Shown one piece after another: positions 47,966-57,603 of a stretch of 64,000 bases of DNA. The position numbers and the translations under genes were made by a program. Within the stretch, counting starts at the first letter, position 1. The number at the start of each line of letters is the position of its first letter. This stretch comes from an uncultured Gemmatimonadales bacterium (GTDB taxonomy: Bacteria; Gemmatimonadota; Gemmatimonadetes; Longimicrobiales; Longimicrobiaceae): positions 7,360,001 to 7,424,000 of the forward strand of contig OY970303.1 of assembly GCA_963716255.1 (NCBI GenBank). Direction: 5' to 3'. Under the pieces are notes generated by a model. That model did no database searches. It saw only the letters and a list, made by a program, of their open reading frames with translations, and was not told the origin of the DNA.

Positions 47966-48688
47966 CTACAGCGGTACGGTCTCCGCCGACTTGGACACGC
48001 TCGCGGCCAGCTGGCGGAGCGTGTTCTTGAAGTTGGCGGGGTCCGAGGTGAACTTGACCAGCGCCTCCTGCGGGCCCATCCCCGGGTAGGAGATCGCCTC
48101 CCACTCCGACTTGTCGATCTGGCTCAGCTCGTCGTAGCCCGGCATGTCCGGCGCGAACAGGCTGAGGATGACGCGGTTGTTGATGACCGCGTTGACCACG
48201 TCCTGGATCCCGCCCCCCGCGGCCTCGGGGATGGTCATTGTGGGCCTGTACGACGCGTCGGTGAACACCACCACCACCCGGGCCGCGTCGCTGCGGTAGC
48301 GCCACTTCGCCGGGTCCAGGCTCTGCGCGCCCTTTTCCGTCTGCCCCGCGTTGCTCACCCGGAAGAGCGCGTCCAGCAGCGACTCCGGCTCGTCGTGTCC
48401 GCCCTCCGCCCGCAGCCCGGCGAGCTGGGCGCGCAGCGCCTCCACGTCGGTCACGAACGGGTTGTCGATGAAGGGCTCCGGATCGTGCTCGAAGTCGCGG
48501 TAGCCCACCGCGCGGGCGCGCCAGTCGCGCACCGGCGACACGTTGTTGCCCTCGCCCGCGCTCAGCGACTCCACGAAGGTGCCGATGTTCGCCTTGAGCG
48601 CGTCGATGGCGGGGGCCATGCTCCCCGACACGTCGATCAGGAAGACGATGTCGGCGACCCCGCGGGTCTTGGTCTGCTGCTGGTCCAT
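47966..48688 (-). CDS. Stand-alone von Willebrand factor A (vWA) domain protein
   Basis: MIDAS DVSGS, GGHDEPES, VVFTDA. Confidence 0.88.
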   Translation of the reverse strand: MDQQQTKTRGVADIVFLIDVSGSMAPAIDALKANIGTFVESLSAGEGNNVSPVRDWRARAVGYRDFEHDPEPFIDNPFVTDVEALRAQLAGLRAEGGHDEPESLLDALFRVSNAGQTEKGAQSLDPAKWRYRSDAARVVVVFTDASYRPTMTIPEAAGGGIQDVVNAVINNRVILSLFAPDMPGYDELSQIDKSEWEAISYPGMGPQEALVKFTSDPANFKNTLRQLAASVSKSAETVPL

Positions 48689-48855
48689 GCGGTTGCCCTG
48701 GCGTCGGAGTCCGTTGCTGTCCCGCTCTCTCCACGAAAGCCGCGCCCCATGCAGGATCCGGTCCGCGTGGCGCCGGGAGGCGCCCCCCGGAACGCAGACC
48801 GCCGCGGGCGCATGGCGCGCCCGCGGCGGGTGTGGAGGACCTGCCCGGCGGCCCC

Positions 48856-50853
48856 TCACCTCGTACGCACCACCGTCACCGAAAGGGCGGCCGGCGGCGC
48901 GGTGCCGCCCGAGGTGATGCGCAGCTCGCCGCGGCCTCCCGCGGGCACCCCCAGGCGGAAGAACGACCCGCCGCCCGCCACCAGCGTCACCGAGACCGGC
49001 GTGGCCTCCACGAGCCTGCGGGTGCGCAGCGGGTAGGCGCCGGAGGAGGACAGCGCCCCGAAGATGTCTCGGAAGTTCCAGCTCGGCTGCTGGAACTGCG
49101 GGTACGCGGCGGCCGTCAGGTCGTCGGTGTACACCGACACCGTCCAGTCGCGCGCCCACTCCAGGGGCTCGGCTCCCAGCACCGCGCGCAGGTTGGCGAT
49201 CCCGCGGAGGTTGGAGTTCACCAGCCGGTTCCAGGTGAGCGACTGGTCGCCGCCGCGGCGGTCCGCGGCGTAGCGCAGGTATGCCCACGCCGCCCCGCGG
49301 GTGGCCAGCTCGTCGTCCTGCCCGTAGGGCGAGAAGCCCTCCGGGTCCGCCAGGTACACGGCGAACCGCCCGAAGTTGGCGGAGCCGTAGCTGTTGAACG
49401 CCACCCGCGCCCGCTCCGTCGAGCGGATTGCGTTCGCCGTCAGGTTCTGCCGCGGCGCCAGCCCCGACGCGCGGTAGAAGACCAGCTCCTCGGCGATGTG
49501 GCTCAGCCCCTCGTTCAGCCACACCTCCTCGTCGTAGTTCTCCGTCCCCAGCACGTACAACCGCCGCGCCGCGCTGATCAGGTGCTGGAACTCGTGGGCC
49601 ACGGTCCCCACCGTGCTTTCCAGCACGAAGTCCTTGCTGAACCGGTTGCCGTTGATCTGCCCGGTGGGGTCCGGCGCCAGCAGGTAGAAGAGCTCGCCGT
49701 AGTTGCTCCCGGCGCACCCCTCGAAGTCCTCGGTTTCGGCCTTCGGGAACAGGTCGCGCGCGTAGAAGAAGCCGCCCACGTACCCGTCCTCGGCGTCCTC
49801 GGTCAGCGCGTTGACCGCCCGGGTGAAGAACAGGATCGTGCGGCCGTTGGCGTCGATGTCCGTGGGCTCGCCGAAGTTCTGCGTGTCCACCGGGTACACC
49901 AGCGTGTCGAAGGCCAGCCCCACCTCGCGGAACTCCGCGTCCGTGAACCCGCCCGAGGGGTTTGCCGTGTCGGTCACCACGATGGCGCGGCTGGTGACCG
50001 CGGCGACCCGCCCCACCCGGTCGTTGGGCGCGTCGCACGCCTCGATGGAGGCGTTCAGGGCGAGGAGCGACCCCACCGCCGGGGCATCCGCCAGCGCCAG
50101 GCTGGCGCGGAAGCCGCCGCGCTTACGCGCCGCCGCCCGCGCGGCCGGGACGAAGCCCGCCAGGGCCGCGCGCTCCCGCGCGCGCAGCGCCGACTCCCAC
50201 GCCAGGTCGCGCGGCCGCGCGCCGGAGGCGCCCTCCAGCGCCGCCGCCCACGGGGCCACGGCGCGCGAAGCGCTCGCCGCCGCGGCGTCCGCCGCGACGC
50301 TCGCGATGCCGCTCCCCTGCACGGCGAGCGTCATCCGCCCCGCCGCCCGGCCGTTGAAGGCCACCACCGTGAACTCCCCGCCGCCGGCGGGCCCCTGCAG
50401 GCACGCCACCCCCGCGGCGTCCAGCGTCACCGCGGCCGCCTCGCCCACCGCCAGCGACAGCGCCGCGGCCGGCGCCTGGCACGCCGCCGACACGGCCGCC
50501 GCCACCGTGACCGACACCGAGTCGGACACCCCCTCCACCGATGCGACGATCCACGCCTGCCCCGCCGCGAGCGCGGCCACGCGCCCCGCCTGGGTGACGC
50601 TGGCCACCGTCGGCGCGGTGCTCCGCCAGGACACGGGGCGGTCCGTCACCGTGTTCCCGGCGGCGTTCACCAGGGTGATGGAAAGGGTGAGCGTGTCCCC
50701 CACCCTCAGGGGGGCGGCGGGCGCCCCCCCGATGTTCAGGTCGGCCACCGGGCTGGGCCCGGTGGAGTCGCTGCACGCGGCGGCCGCGAGCAGCGCAAGG
50801 CAGGCCAGCGCCGCCCCGCCCATCCGCCCCGCCGGTCCGGTCCGGTTTCGCAT
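48856..50853 (-). CDS. Lipoprotein with Ig-like (Big_2) domain and gluzincin (M30-like) peptidase domain
   Basis: AAAC lipobox-like; VSWRSTAPTVASV; HEFQH...WLNEGLS. Confidence 0.75.
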   Translation of the reverse strand: MRNRTGPAGRMGGAALACLALLAAAACSDSTGPSPVADLNIGGAPAAPLRVGDTLTLSITLVNAAGNTVTDRPVSWRSTAPTVASVTQAGRVAALAAGQAWIVASVEGVSDSVSVTVAAAVSAACQAPAAALSLAVGEAAAVTLDAAGVACLQGPAGGGEFTVVAFNGRAAGRMTLAVQGSGIASVAADAAAASASRAVAPWAAALEGASGARPRDLAWESALRARERAALAGFVPAARAAARKRGGFRASLALADAPAVGSLLALNASIEACDAPNDRVGRVAAVTSRAIVVTDTANPSGGFTDAEFREVGLAFDTLVYPVDTQNFGEPTDIDANGRTILFFTRAVNALTEDAEDGYVGGFFYARDLFPKAETEDFEGCAGSNYGELFYLLAPDPTGQINGNRFSKDFVLESTVGTVAHEFQHLISAARRLYVLGTENYDEEVWLNEGLSHIAEELVFYRASGLAPRQNLTANAIRSTERARVAFNSYGSANFGRFAVYLADPEGFSPYGQDDELATRGAAWAYLRYAADRRGGDQSLTWNRLVNSNLRGIANLRAVLGAEPLEWARDWTVSVYTDDLTAAAYPQFQQPSWNFRDIFGALSSSGAYPLRTRRLVEATPVSVTLVAGGGSFFRLGVPAGGRGELRITSGGTAPPAALSVTVVRTR

Positions 50854-50884
50854 CGAGAGCTCTCCTTTCACGTGTCTGGCCGGC

Positions 50885-53800
50885 TCAGAACCCCGGCTGG
50901 AGGGCGAACACCCAGCGCCACCCCCCGGTGCTCTCCAGCGCGCGGACGTAGTCCACCTCCAGCACCGCGAAGCCGAACAGGTTGGTGCGCCCTCCCACCC
51001 CCACGCTGGTCAGCAGGCCGCGGCGGTCCGTGTCTTCCGGCACACCGCGGGCCAGCGTGGGCCGGGTGTCCGCCGTCCACGCCACCGCGGCGTCGTAGAA
51101 GGCGATCGCGTCCACGGGCGGGAGCCCGAAACCGCCCCCCGCCCCCGGCCGCTGCACCAGGGGGACGCGCAGCTCCGCGCTCCCCACCGCGATGCGGCTC
51201 CCCACCATGGAGTTGAGGAGCCCGCAGTCGGCGCCCGTGTTCACGCAGTCGCCGTACGCCGAGCCGTAGCCGCGCAGCAGCGACGGCTGCCCCAGGTACA
51301 GGTTGGAGAACACCCCCTCGGCGTCTCGCCCGTAGCGGCCGTAGTGAAGCGCCCGGAAGGCCAGGGTGAAGGGCTTCAGGTAGAAGTATCGGCGCGCGTC
51401 GGCCAGTACCCCGGTGAAGCTCAGTTGTCCCGCCACCGGCGACACCTCCACCCGCGCCCGCTGCCCCGCCAGCGGCCCGGTGTACCCGAAGACGGTGTTG
51501 TCGTACACCCAGGCGGCGGACGCTTCCAGCAGGTTGTAGCCCACCCCGTCCACCTCCTCCTCGTTGGTCCCGGTGACCGCGCCCGAGCCCACGTCGTACA
51601 GCACCTCGAAGATCTTCTGGTCCTGCGAGATGCGCCGCGCGCCCCCGCCGAGCTCCACCCGCTGCACGGGGGAGATGGGGTACTGCGCCACGCCGGTGAC
51701 GCTCTCGTCGAAGTAGCGCAGCCGCACCAGCTGCTGCCGGTACACGTCCGGCTCGGCGGGGTCCACCCCCGCGGCGTAGTAGCCGTACACCGAGGGGATG
51801 CGCTGCACCCCCGCCCCCAGGTTCCAGCGCGTGCCGCGGTTCAGGTACTGGAAGGCGAAGCCGATCTCGTCCAGCTGCCCCTGCGCCTGGATGGCGCCGC
51901 CCACCGTGTGGCGCCCCAGCACGTCGCTGAACACCCCGAAGATCCCGCCCGACACGCCCCCGCCGAAGGGCCCGCCCAGCGACACGCCCACCTGCGGCTG
52001 CCCCAGGTAGTCCAGCCCCAGGCGGGCCCGGTACGGCGTCGTGGCGTACGCCGCCGCCTCGTCTGCGGAGGGGAGCCCCGACGTGCGGTCGGCGAGCATG
52101 GCGGCCACGCGGTTGAAGGGGCGCTCCGGGGAGCGCGGCATGGGCGGCAGCATGGCGGCCGCCGGCGGGCCGCTCCCGTCCGCGTCGCCCTGCGCCACGG
52201 GGACGCCCGCCAGCTTCGCCGGGTCGGTGATGGTGTAGAGGTTGTGGCCCTTGTCCTCGAAGGCGGTGAACACCAGCCGGCTCCCGTCGCGCGACAGCGA
52301 GATGGACGGGCTCACGTCGGTGATCCCGCTCACCCCCGAGAACACGTCGGTCACGCGCGACACCGCGCCGCCGGAGAGCGCCACCCGGTACACGTTGGGG
52401 ATGCCGCTGCGGTTGGAGACGAAGAACAGCGAAGCGCCGTCCGGCGTCCACTGCGGGTCCAGGTTGTGGGCCCCCGCCATCCCCGGCACCGGCGTGACCG
52501 CCCGCGTGTCCAGCTCCATGACCGCGAGCTGGTACGGCGCGTAGGTCAGCGCGTCCAGCCGCGTGCCGAAGCGGTCGGTCACGAAGGCCAGCCGCCCGCC
52601 GTCGGGCGAGTAGGCGGGCTGCATCTCCGTGTAGCGGTCGTCGGTGAGCTGCGTCGCGCGCCCGGTGCGCAGGTCCACCGCGTACAGGTCGGTGACCCCG
52701 CCCTTGAGGCCGGACACCACCACCGTGCGGCCGTCCGGAGACCAGGTGGGCCCGGTGATCTCGCCCACGCCGGGGATGGCGACCTCCTGCACCCGCTCGG
52801 CGCGGCGCACGTCCAGAACCGCCAGCACGTCGTGCCCGCCGCGCTGGGCGCCCAGCGCGAAGCGGCTGCCGTCGGGCGACCAGGCGCCGGCGGAGTGGAT
52901 GTAGCGCAGGCTGCCGAAGTGGGAGTCGAAGGCGGCGCCCTTCTGGAGCGTCCTCACCACCTCGCCGGTGGCCGCGTCGGCCAGGCGCAGCTCCACGTCC
53001 CTGAAGTCCACGTCGGAAAGGAAGGCCACCCACCTGCCGTCCGGCGACACCGAGGGGCCCACGTTGAGCCGCCCGCTCTCGCCGGCCGAGGCGACCAGCG
53101 GCCGGGCGATCTCGCGCGCCTCCTTGCGGTCCAGGAGCATGGGGAGGTACGCCCTGCGGATGGAGGCGGCCCACTCGTCGGACAGCTCGTCCAGGGTGAC
53201 GTGCAGCGTCCGCTCGAACGCTTCCTCGTACGGCACGCCCTCGCCGGCGAGCTTCAGGATCTGCCCGATGACGGCGTCGCCCCAGCGCCCGCCCACGTAC
53301 GCCCAGAGCGCCTGCCCGTAGCGGTACGGGAAGATGCGCGGGTCGTTGCTGAGCTGGTCCACGGTGGGGATCTTGCCGCCGATGGCGGCGTTGCGCAGCC
53401 AGTTGGCGGTCAGCGGGTCCACGGGGCCCACCGACAGGTACTCGGCCATCCCCTCGCTGAACCACCCCGGCACGGCGTAGCGCCGCGCCGCCTGCTCGAT
53501 CCCGCTCCCCGCCCGCCCCAGCCCGCTGATGTCGTACTGGAAGGCGTGCACCAGCTCGTGCCCCAGCACGTGGTCGGTCTCCTCGTAGCTGTACGAGAAG
53601 GGCATGATGACGCGCTGCTTGAACGCCTCGGTGACACCCCCCGTGCCGTCGCTGATCTCGCCGCCCAGCGTGGCGGTCTGCTGGAAGTCGGGGTGCGAGG
53701 CGTACAGGATGAGCGGCTGCCGCTGCTCGAACCTGTGGTCAAGGAGGCCGGAGAGCCGGGTGTACCAGCGCTCGGCCATGCGCGCGGCGTCGCGGGCGGC

Positions 53801-53989
53801 GGTCTCCTCCTCCGGGTAGAAGTAGACGTCGAAGTGCTCCGTCTTCATCACCCGGAAGTCGAAGCGCGCGTACTGCACCTTGTTGCGCCCGAAGTACTGG
53901 GCCGCGGCCGGGTGCGCGGACGCGGCGCCGAGGAGGAGCCCGAGTGCGAGCCCCGCCGCGCGGCGCATGCGGAAGGTAGGACGTGCCAT
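50885..53989 (-). CDS. Zincin-like domain + PD40 beta-propeller + Omp85/BamA-like barrel fusion
   Basis: QYFGRNKVQY; HELVH...WFSEGMAEY; repeated PxWSPDG; LRGY, AELRVP; C-terminal FALQPGF. Confidence 0.8.
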   Translation of the reverse strand: MARPTFRMRRAAGLALGLLLGAASAHPAAAQYFGRNKVQYARFDFRVMKTEHFDVYFYPEEETAARDAARMAERWYTRLSGLLDHRFEQRQPLILYASHPDFQQTATLGGEISDGTGGVTEAFKQRVIMPFSYSYEETDHVLGHELVHAFQYDISGLGRAGSGIEQAARRYAVPGWFSEGMAEYLSVGPVDPLTANWLRNAAIGGKIPTVDQLSNDPRIFPYRYGQALWAYVGGRWGDAVIGQILKLAGEGVPYEEAFERTLHVTLDELSDEWAASIRRAYLPMLLDRKEAREIARPLVASAGESGRLNVGPSVSPDGRWVAFLSDVDFRDVELRLADAATGEVVRTLQKGAAFDSHFGSLRYIHSAGAWSPDGSRFALGAQRGGHDVLAVLDVRRAERVQEVAIPGVGEITGPTWSPDGRTVVVSGLKGGVTDLYAVDLRTGRATQLTDDRYTEMQPAYSPDGGRLAFVTDRFGTRLDALTYAPYQLAVMELDTRAVTPVPGMAGAHNLDPQWTPDGASLFFVSNRSGIPNVYRVALSGGAVSRVTDVFSGVSGITDVSPSISLSRDGSRLVFTAFEDKGHNLYTITDPAKLAGVPVAQGDADGSGPPAAAMLPPMPRSPERPFNRVAAMLADRTSGLPSADEAAAYATTPYRARLGLDYLGQPQVGVSLGGPFGGGVSGGIFGVFSDVLGRHTVGGAIQAQGQLDEIGFAFQYLNRGTRWNLGAGVQRIPSVYGYYAAGVDPAEPDVYRQQLVRLRYFDESVTGVAQYPISPVQRVELGGGARRISQDQKIFEVLYDVGSGAVTGTNEEEVDGVGYNLLEASAAWVYDNTVFGYTGPLAGQRARVEVSPVAGQLSFTGVLADARRYFYLKPFTLAFRALHYGRYGRDAEGVFSNLYLGQPSLLRGYGSAYGDCVNTGADCGLLNSMVGSRIAVGSAELRVPLVQRPGAGGGFGLPPVDAIAFYDAAVAWTADTRPTLARGVPEDTDRRGLLTSVGVGGRTNLFGFAVLEVDYVRALESTGGWRWVFALQPGF

Positions 53990-54254
53990 GGCGACCTGCT
54001 CCTGTCCTGGCGGTTGGTTGTGCCGTGCTGAACAGGAGACACGCGAGGGGAGGGGAGACCCTTACGGAAGTGCGTAAGCGCGGGAGCGAACGGCGGTACG
54101 AAGGCGGGGCGCGCGTGGGAAATCGCGCGGGCGTGGCAGTCTCACGGTCATGCACCGCCGCCGGCCAGGGGGAGGTGCACGGCGCCGGAGCAGGACTGCC
54201 CGGCCAGGGCAGACCGGACGCGCCGGTGATCTCACGCCCGCGTCGGAGGAACAG

Positions 54255-54944
54255 ATGAACGACCCGTACATGGAGATGCCCAGGTCGGCGTTCGCCTCGC
54301 TGCTCGACCACGCCGGCGGCCGTCCGCGCGACGACGACCCCGGCCCGTACGATCCGCGCGAGGACGTGGTGCGCGCGGTGCTGGCGCTGCTCCACTGGCG
54401 GTGGCCCAGGCCGAACTGGGCGCTCGCCGACACCGTCCGCCTCCCGGTGGCGCTGGTGGAGTTGCTGAGGGAGTCCGCCGGCCCCTTTCCCGAGCCGTGG
54501 CGCTGGAGCGCGCTGAACCCGCAGCCGCTGCCCCCGCGGCTGGCCACCGCGCTGTGGCTGGCGCAGGCGGTCGCGGAAAAGGTGATCCTGGTGCACGAAC
54601 TCGCCGGGACGCTGCCGGAAGACGAGCGGGCCCGCGCGGCGGGCTTCGCCCTCGACCAGCTGTCGCAGTTCGTGCGGGACGCGGGCGACGACCGGTGTCC
54701 GATCTGGTGGTGGATGCGCCGGCCGTTCCCCTGGCCGGGACCGCGCCGCGACGACCTGACCGACGGGATCACCCCCGCGGAGCTGGTGGCGATGGGTGCG
54801 CTGTTCGAGAACTCGGCGGCGGCCGCGCCCGACGGGCTTCGCCGCGACCTGGCCGCGGCCGGGCAGAAGCTGATGACGCTGGGGCTGAGCCGGCTGGAAA
54901 CGGCCGCGCCGGCGGAGGGGATGGCCGGGGCCCGGCCATCCTAA
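54255..54944 (+). CDS. Hypothetical protein with ALNPQPLPP and Trp/Pro-rich motifs
   Basis: GGAGGA RBS; GC3-biased ORF; motifs read from the translation. Confidence 0.7.
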   Translation: MNDPYMEMPRSAFASLLDHAGGRPRDDDPGPYDPREDVVRAVLALLHWRWPRPNWALADTVRLPVALVELLRESAGPFPEPWRWSALNPQPLPPRLATALWLAQAVAEKVILVHELAGTLPEDERARAAGFALDQLSQFVRDAGDDRCPIWWWMRRPFPWPGPRRDDLTDGITPAELVAMGALFENSAAAAPDGLRRDLAAAGQKLMTLGLSRLETAAPAEGMAGARPS

Positions 54945-55125
54945 GCAGTTTACGGCAGGTTCGAGCACGAATTTGAACCGGCCCCCAGCGGGCGAGCGGG
55001 GCCGCCGGGAAGAGGGCGGATTCGGAGGCCGTCGGGCACTCCGGGCAGGGTTCGCGGAGCGGCCGGGCCCGCGCTACATTCGGGCGTCGAATGAAACGGA
55101 GCCCTGGTCCTCTTCCCGGTAGACG

Positions 55126-56316
55126 ATGACTGAACGACCGGACGGTCCGCCGCGACAGCGGGTGGAATCGGTGGACGTGGTGCGCGGGGTGATCATGGTC
55201 CTCATGGCGCTGGACCACACGCGCGACTACTTCGGCGGCTCGGGCATCGACCCGACCAACCTCGCCACGACCACGGCGCCGCTGTTCTTCACGCGCTGGA
55301 TCACGCACTTCTGCGCGCCCGTCTTCTGCCTCCTCACCGGGACGGGAGCGTACCTGGCCCGCCGCAGCCGGACCACGCCCGAGCTGTCGAGGTTCCTGCT
55401 CACGCGGGGTCTCTGGCTGGTGTTCCTGGAGCTGACGGTCGCCCGCTTCCTGTGGCAGTTCAACGTGAACTACCAGGTGACCATCATCACGGTCCTGTGG
55501 GCGCTCGGCTGGTCCATGGTCGTGCTGGCCGCGCTGGTCCGCTTCCCGACCTGGGTCGCCGGAGCGGTGGGAGGCGCGATGATCCTGCTGCACAACCTCG
55601 CTGACCCGGTCCAGGCCGCGTCGTTCGGGAGCCTCGCGCCGCTCTGGAACGTCCTGCACAGCCCGGGCGTGCTCTACGCCGCCCCCGGCCGCATCGTGAT
55701 CCTCGCCTACCCGCTCATCCCGTGGATCGGCGTGATGGCCGTCGGCTACGCCCTGGGGGCGGTCTTCGGCCTGGAGGCCGGGCGCCGCCGGCGGCTCCTC
55801 CTGCATGCGGGAGTCGGGATGACCGTGGCGTTTCTCGTGCTGCGCTTCGCCAACGTGTACGGGGACCCGTTCCCGTGGTCGGCGCAGCGGACGGCGACGC
55901 TCACGGTCCTGTCGTTCCTCAACGTGACCAAGTACCCGCCCTCCCTGCTGTTTCTCCTGATGACGCTGGGGCCGGCGCTCCTCCTGCTGCGCGTGATGGA
56001 CGGACGGACGCCGCCCGCGGTCCTGCGTCCGGTGTTCATCATCGGCAAGGTGCCGATGTTCTACTACCTGGCGCACATCCTCCTGCTGCACCTGATCGCC
56101 CTGATCTTCTCGTACGCCCGCTACGGCACCGTCCGCTACATGTTCGAATCGGCGCGACCGGACCAGTTCCCGGTCACGCAGCCGCCGGGCTGGGCGAACC
56201 CGCTGCCGGTGGTCTACTTCCTGTGGATGGTGGTGGTCGTCCTCCTGTACCCGTTCTGCCGGTGGTACGCGGCGCTCAAGGCGCGCAGCACCAGCCCGCT
56301 GCTGAGCTACCTGTAG
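55126..56316 (+). CDS. DUF1624/HGSNAT-like membrane acyltransferase
   Basis: RVESVDVVRGVIMVLMALDHTRD, TRWITHFCAP, KYPPSL; multiple TM helices. Confidence 0.85.
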   Translation: MTERPDGPPRQRVESVDVVRGVIMVLMALDHTRDYFGGSGIDPTNLATTTAPLFFTRWITHFCAPVFCLLTGTGAYLARRSRTTPELSRFLLTRGLWLVFLELTVARFLWQFNVNYQVTIITVLWALGWSMVVLAALVRFPTWVAGAVGGAMILLHNLADPVQAASFGSLAPLWNVLHSPGVLYAAPGRIVILAYPLIPWIGVMAVGYALGAVFGLEAGRRRRLLLHAGVGMTVAFLVLRFANVYGDPFPWSAQRTATLTVLSFLNVTKYPPSLLFLLMTLGPALLLLRVMDGRTPPAVLRPVFIIGKVPMFYYLAHILLLHLIALIFSYARYGTVRYMFESARPDQFPVTQPPGWANPLPVVYFLWMVVVVLLYPFCRWYAALKARSTSPLLSYL

Positions 56317-56328
56317 CCGGGACGTGGT

Positions 56329-56973
56329 TTACGGGAGGTCGAGCACGAAGTTGAACCGCCCCTCCCGCGCGCCTCCCGAGCCCGACAGCTCCATGAGCAG
56401 CTCGGAGTGGAAGAGCCCGTCGGAGGCGTTGCGGGACTCCCCGGGAAAGTAGAGCTGGGTGGTGAGCACGGACTGCCCGGGCGCCTGCACCTTGACGTGG
56501 ACGTGGCGGGTGCGGCCGGGATAGAGGCCGGGGACGACGGTCTCCAGGCGGAAGGCGCCGGCGGCGTCGGTGAACTGGTGGCCGCGCAGGCGGAAGCCGG
56601 CGTTGTCGTACGCGCCGGAGTCGTCGGCCTGCCAGAAGTCCAGGAGCGCGCCGGCGACCGGGCGGCAGCCGCGGGTGAGCACCAGCCCCGAGAGCGACAG
56701 GCGGGTGCCGGCCATCCCCGTCTCCAGCAGCGAGGTGCGCTCCGGGGAGCTGCGCTTGAAGTAGGGGCCCTCGGTCTCGGCGGGGGTGAGGTCGTCGTCG
56801 TCGTCGTCCGCGCAGGCCAGCGTGGGCTGCGCGGACGGGTCGGTGGGCGAGCCGCCCCCTGCCTCGCACCCGGCCACGCCCAGCAGCGAGGGCACCGCCA
56901 GCGCCAGCGGGGCGGCGAGCAGGGTGCCGAGGAAGCGGCGGCGGGATTCCGGGTGCGTGCCGTCGTCGTGCAT
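56329..56973 (-). CDS. Tat-exported intradiol ring-cleavage dioxygenase-like protein
   Basis: SRRRFL Tat motif, VAGC, EGPYF, WQADDSGAY, LRGHQ, YPGRTRHVH. Confidence 0.85.
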   Translation of the reverse strand: MHDDGTHPESRRRFLGTLLAAPLALAVPSLLGVAGCEAGGGSPTDPSAQPTLACADDDDDDLTPAETEGPYFKRSSPERTSLLETGMAGTRLSLSGLVLTRGCRPVAGALLDFWQADDSGAYDNAGFRLRGHQFTDAAGAFRLETVVPGLYPGRTRHVHVKVQAPGQSVLTTQLYFPGESRNASDGLFHSELLMELSGSGGAREGRFNFVLDLP

Positions 56974-56982
56974 GGCGCCTCG

Positions 56983-57534
56983 TCAGGAAGTGGGTGCGGA
57001 GCGGCGGGCGGCGGCCTGCGGCGCGCACCACCCCCAGCGGGCGCGCGGGCCCCCGGGGAGGGTGTCGCGGGCGGAGCCGCGCCGGGCGAGCGACGGGCGG
57101 GTGCCGCGGGAGCGGCGGCCGCGCTCGCCGCGCTGCTCGGCGAACAGCTCGCAGACGCGGGCGCGCTGCTCGGCGGTGAGCGCGGCGGCGACGCCGTCCA
57201 CCGCGGCGCGCTGGTTGGCGCGGATGGCCTCCATCACGGCGCCGGCGGAGTCGCCGGGGAGACGGGAGCGCCCGTCGTCGCGCAGGCGCAGCGAGTCCAG
57301 GAGCGGCTCGTTGCGCGCCTGGAGCCACCCGCCGATGGAATCGATGGCGGACACCTGCGCGGAGCTGAGCCCCAGCTGCTCGCGGTGGCCGAGCACCGCG
57401 TACACGGTGGGCGCGGCGGCGGCGGCGGGGTGCGTCGCGCGCCCGCCGAAGCGCTCGCCGGGAGCGGCGAGGTCGCGCTGGGGCGCGCACGCGCTGAGCA
57501 GGGTGAGGAGTGCGACGAGCCGGAGCCTGTTCAT
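56983..57534 (-). CDS. Lipoprotein, Spy/CpxP (LTxxQ)-like
   Basis: Lipobox LSAC; LGLSSAQ and LTAEQ motifs. Confidence 0.55.
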   Translation of the reverse strand: MNRLRLVALLTLLSACAPQRDLAAPGERFGGRATHPAAAAAPTVYAVLGHREQLGLSSAQVSAIDSIGGWLQARNEPLLDSLRLRDDGRSRLPGDSAGAVMEAIRANQRAAVDGVAAALTAEQRARVCELFAEQRGERGRRSRGTRPSLARRGSARDTLPGGPRARWGWCAPQAAARRSAPTS

Positions 57535-57603
57535 GTGACCTCGCGGGACGATGGGTGCGGTTCGGCGTGCCGCGCGCGGGAGCCGGGGCATGCGCGGGAG
57601 CCT

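Noticed and set aside
42786..48688. Kinase/FHA/phosphatase genes as a type VI secretion regulatory module (PpkA/Fha/PppA)
   Set aside because: No T6SS structural genes in the window, the kinase lacks a TM segment, and the phosphatase is PPP-type rather than PP2C
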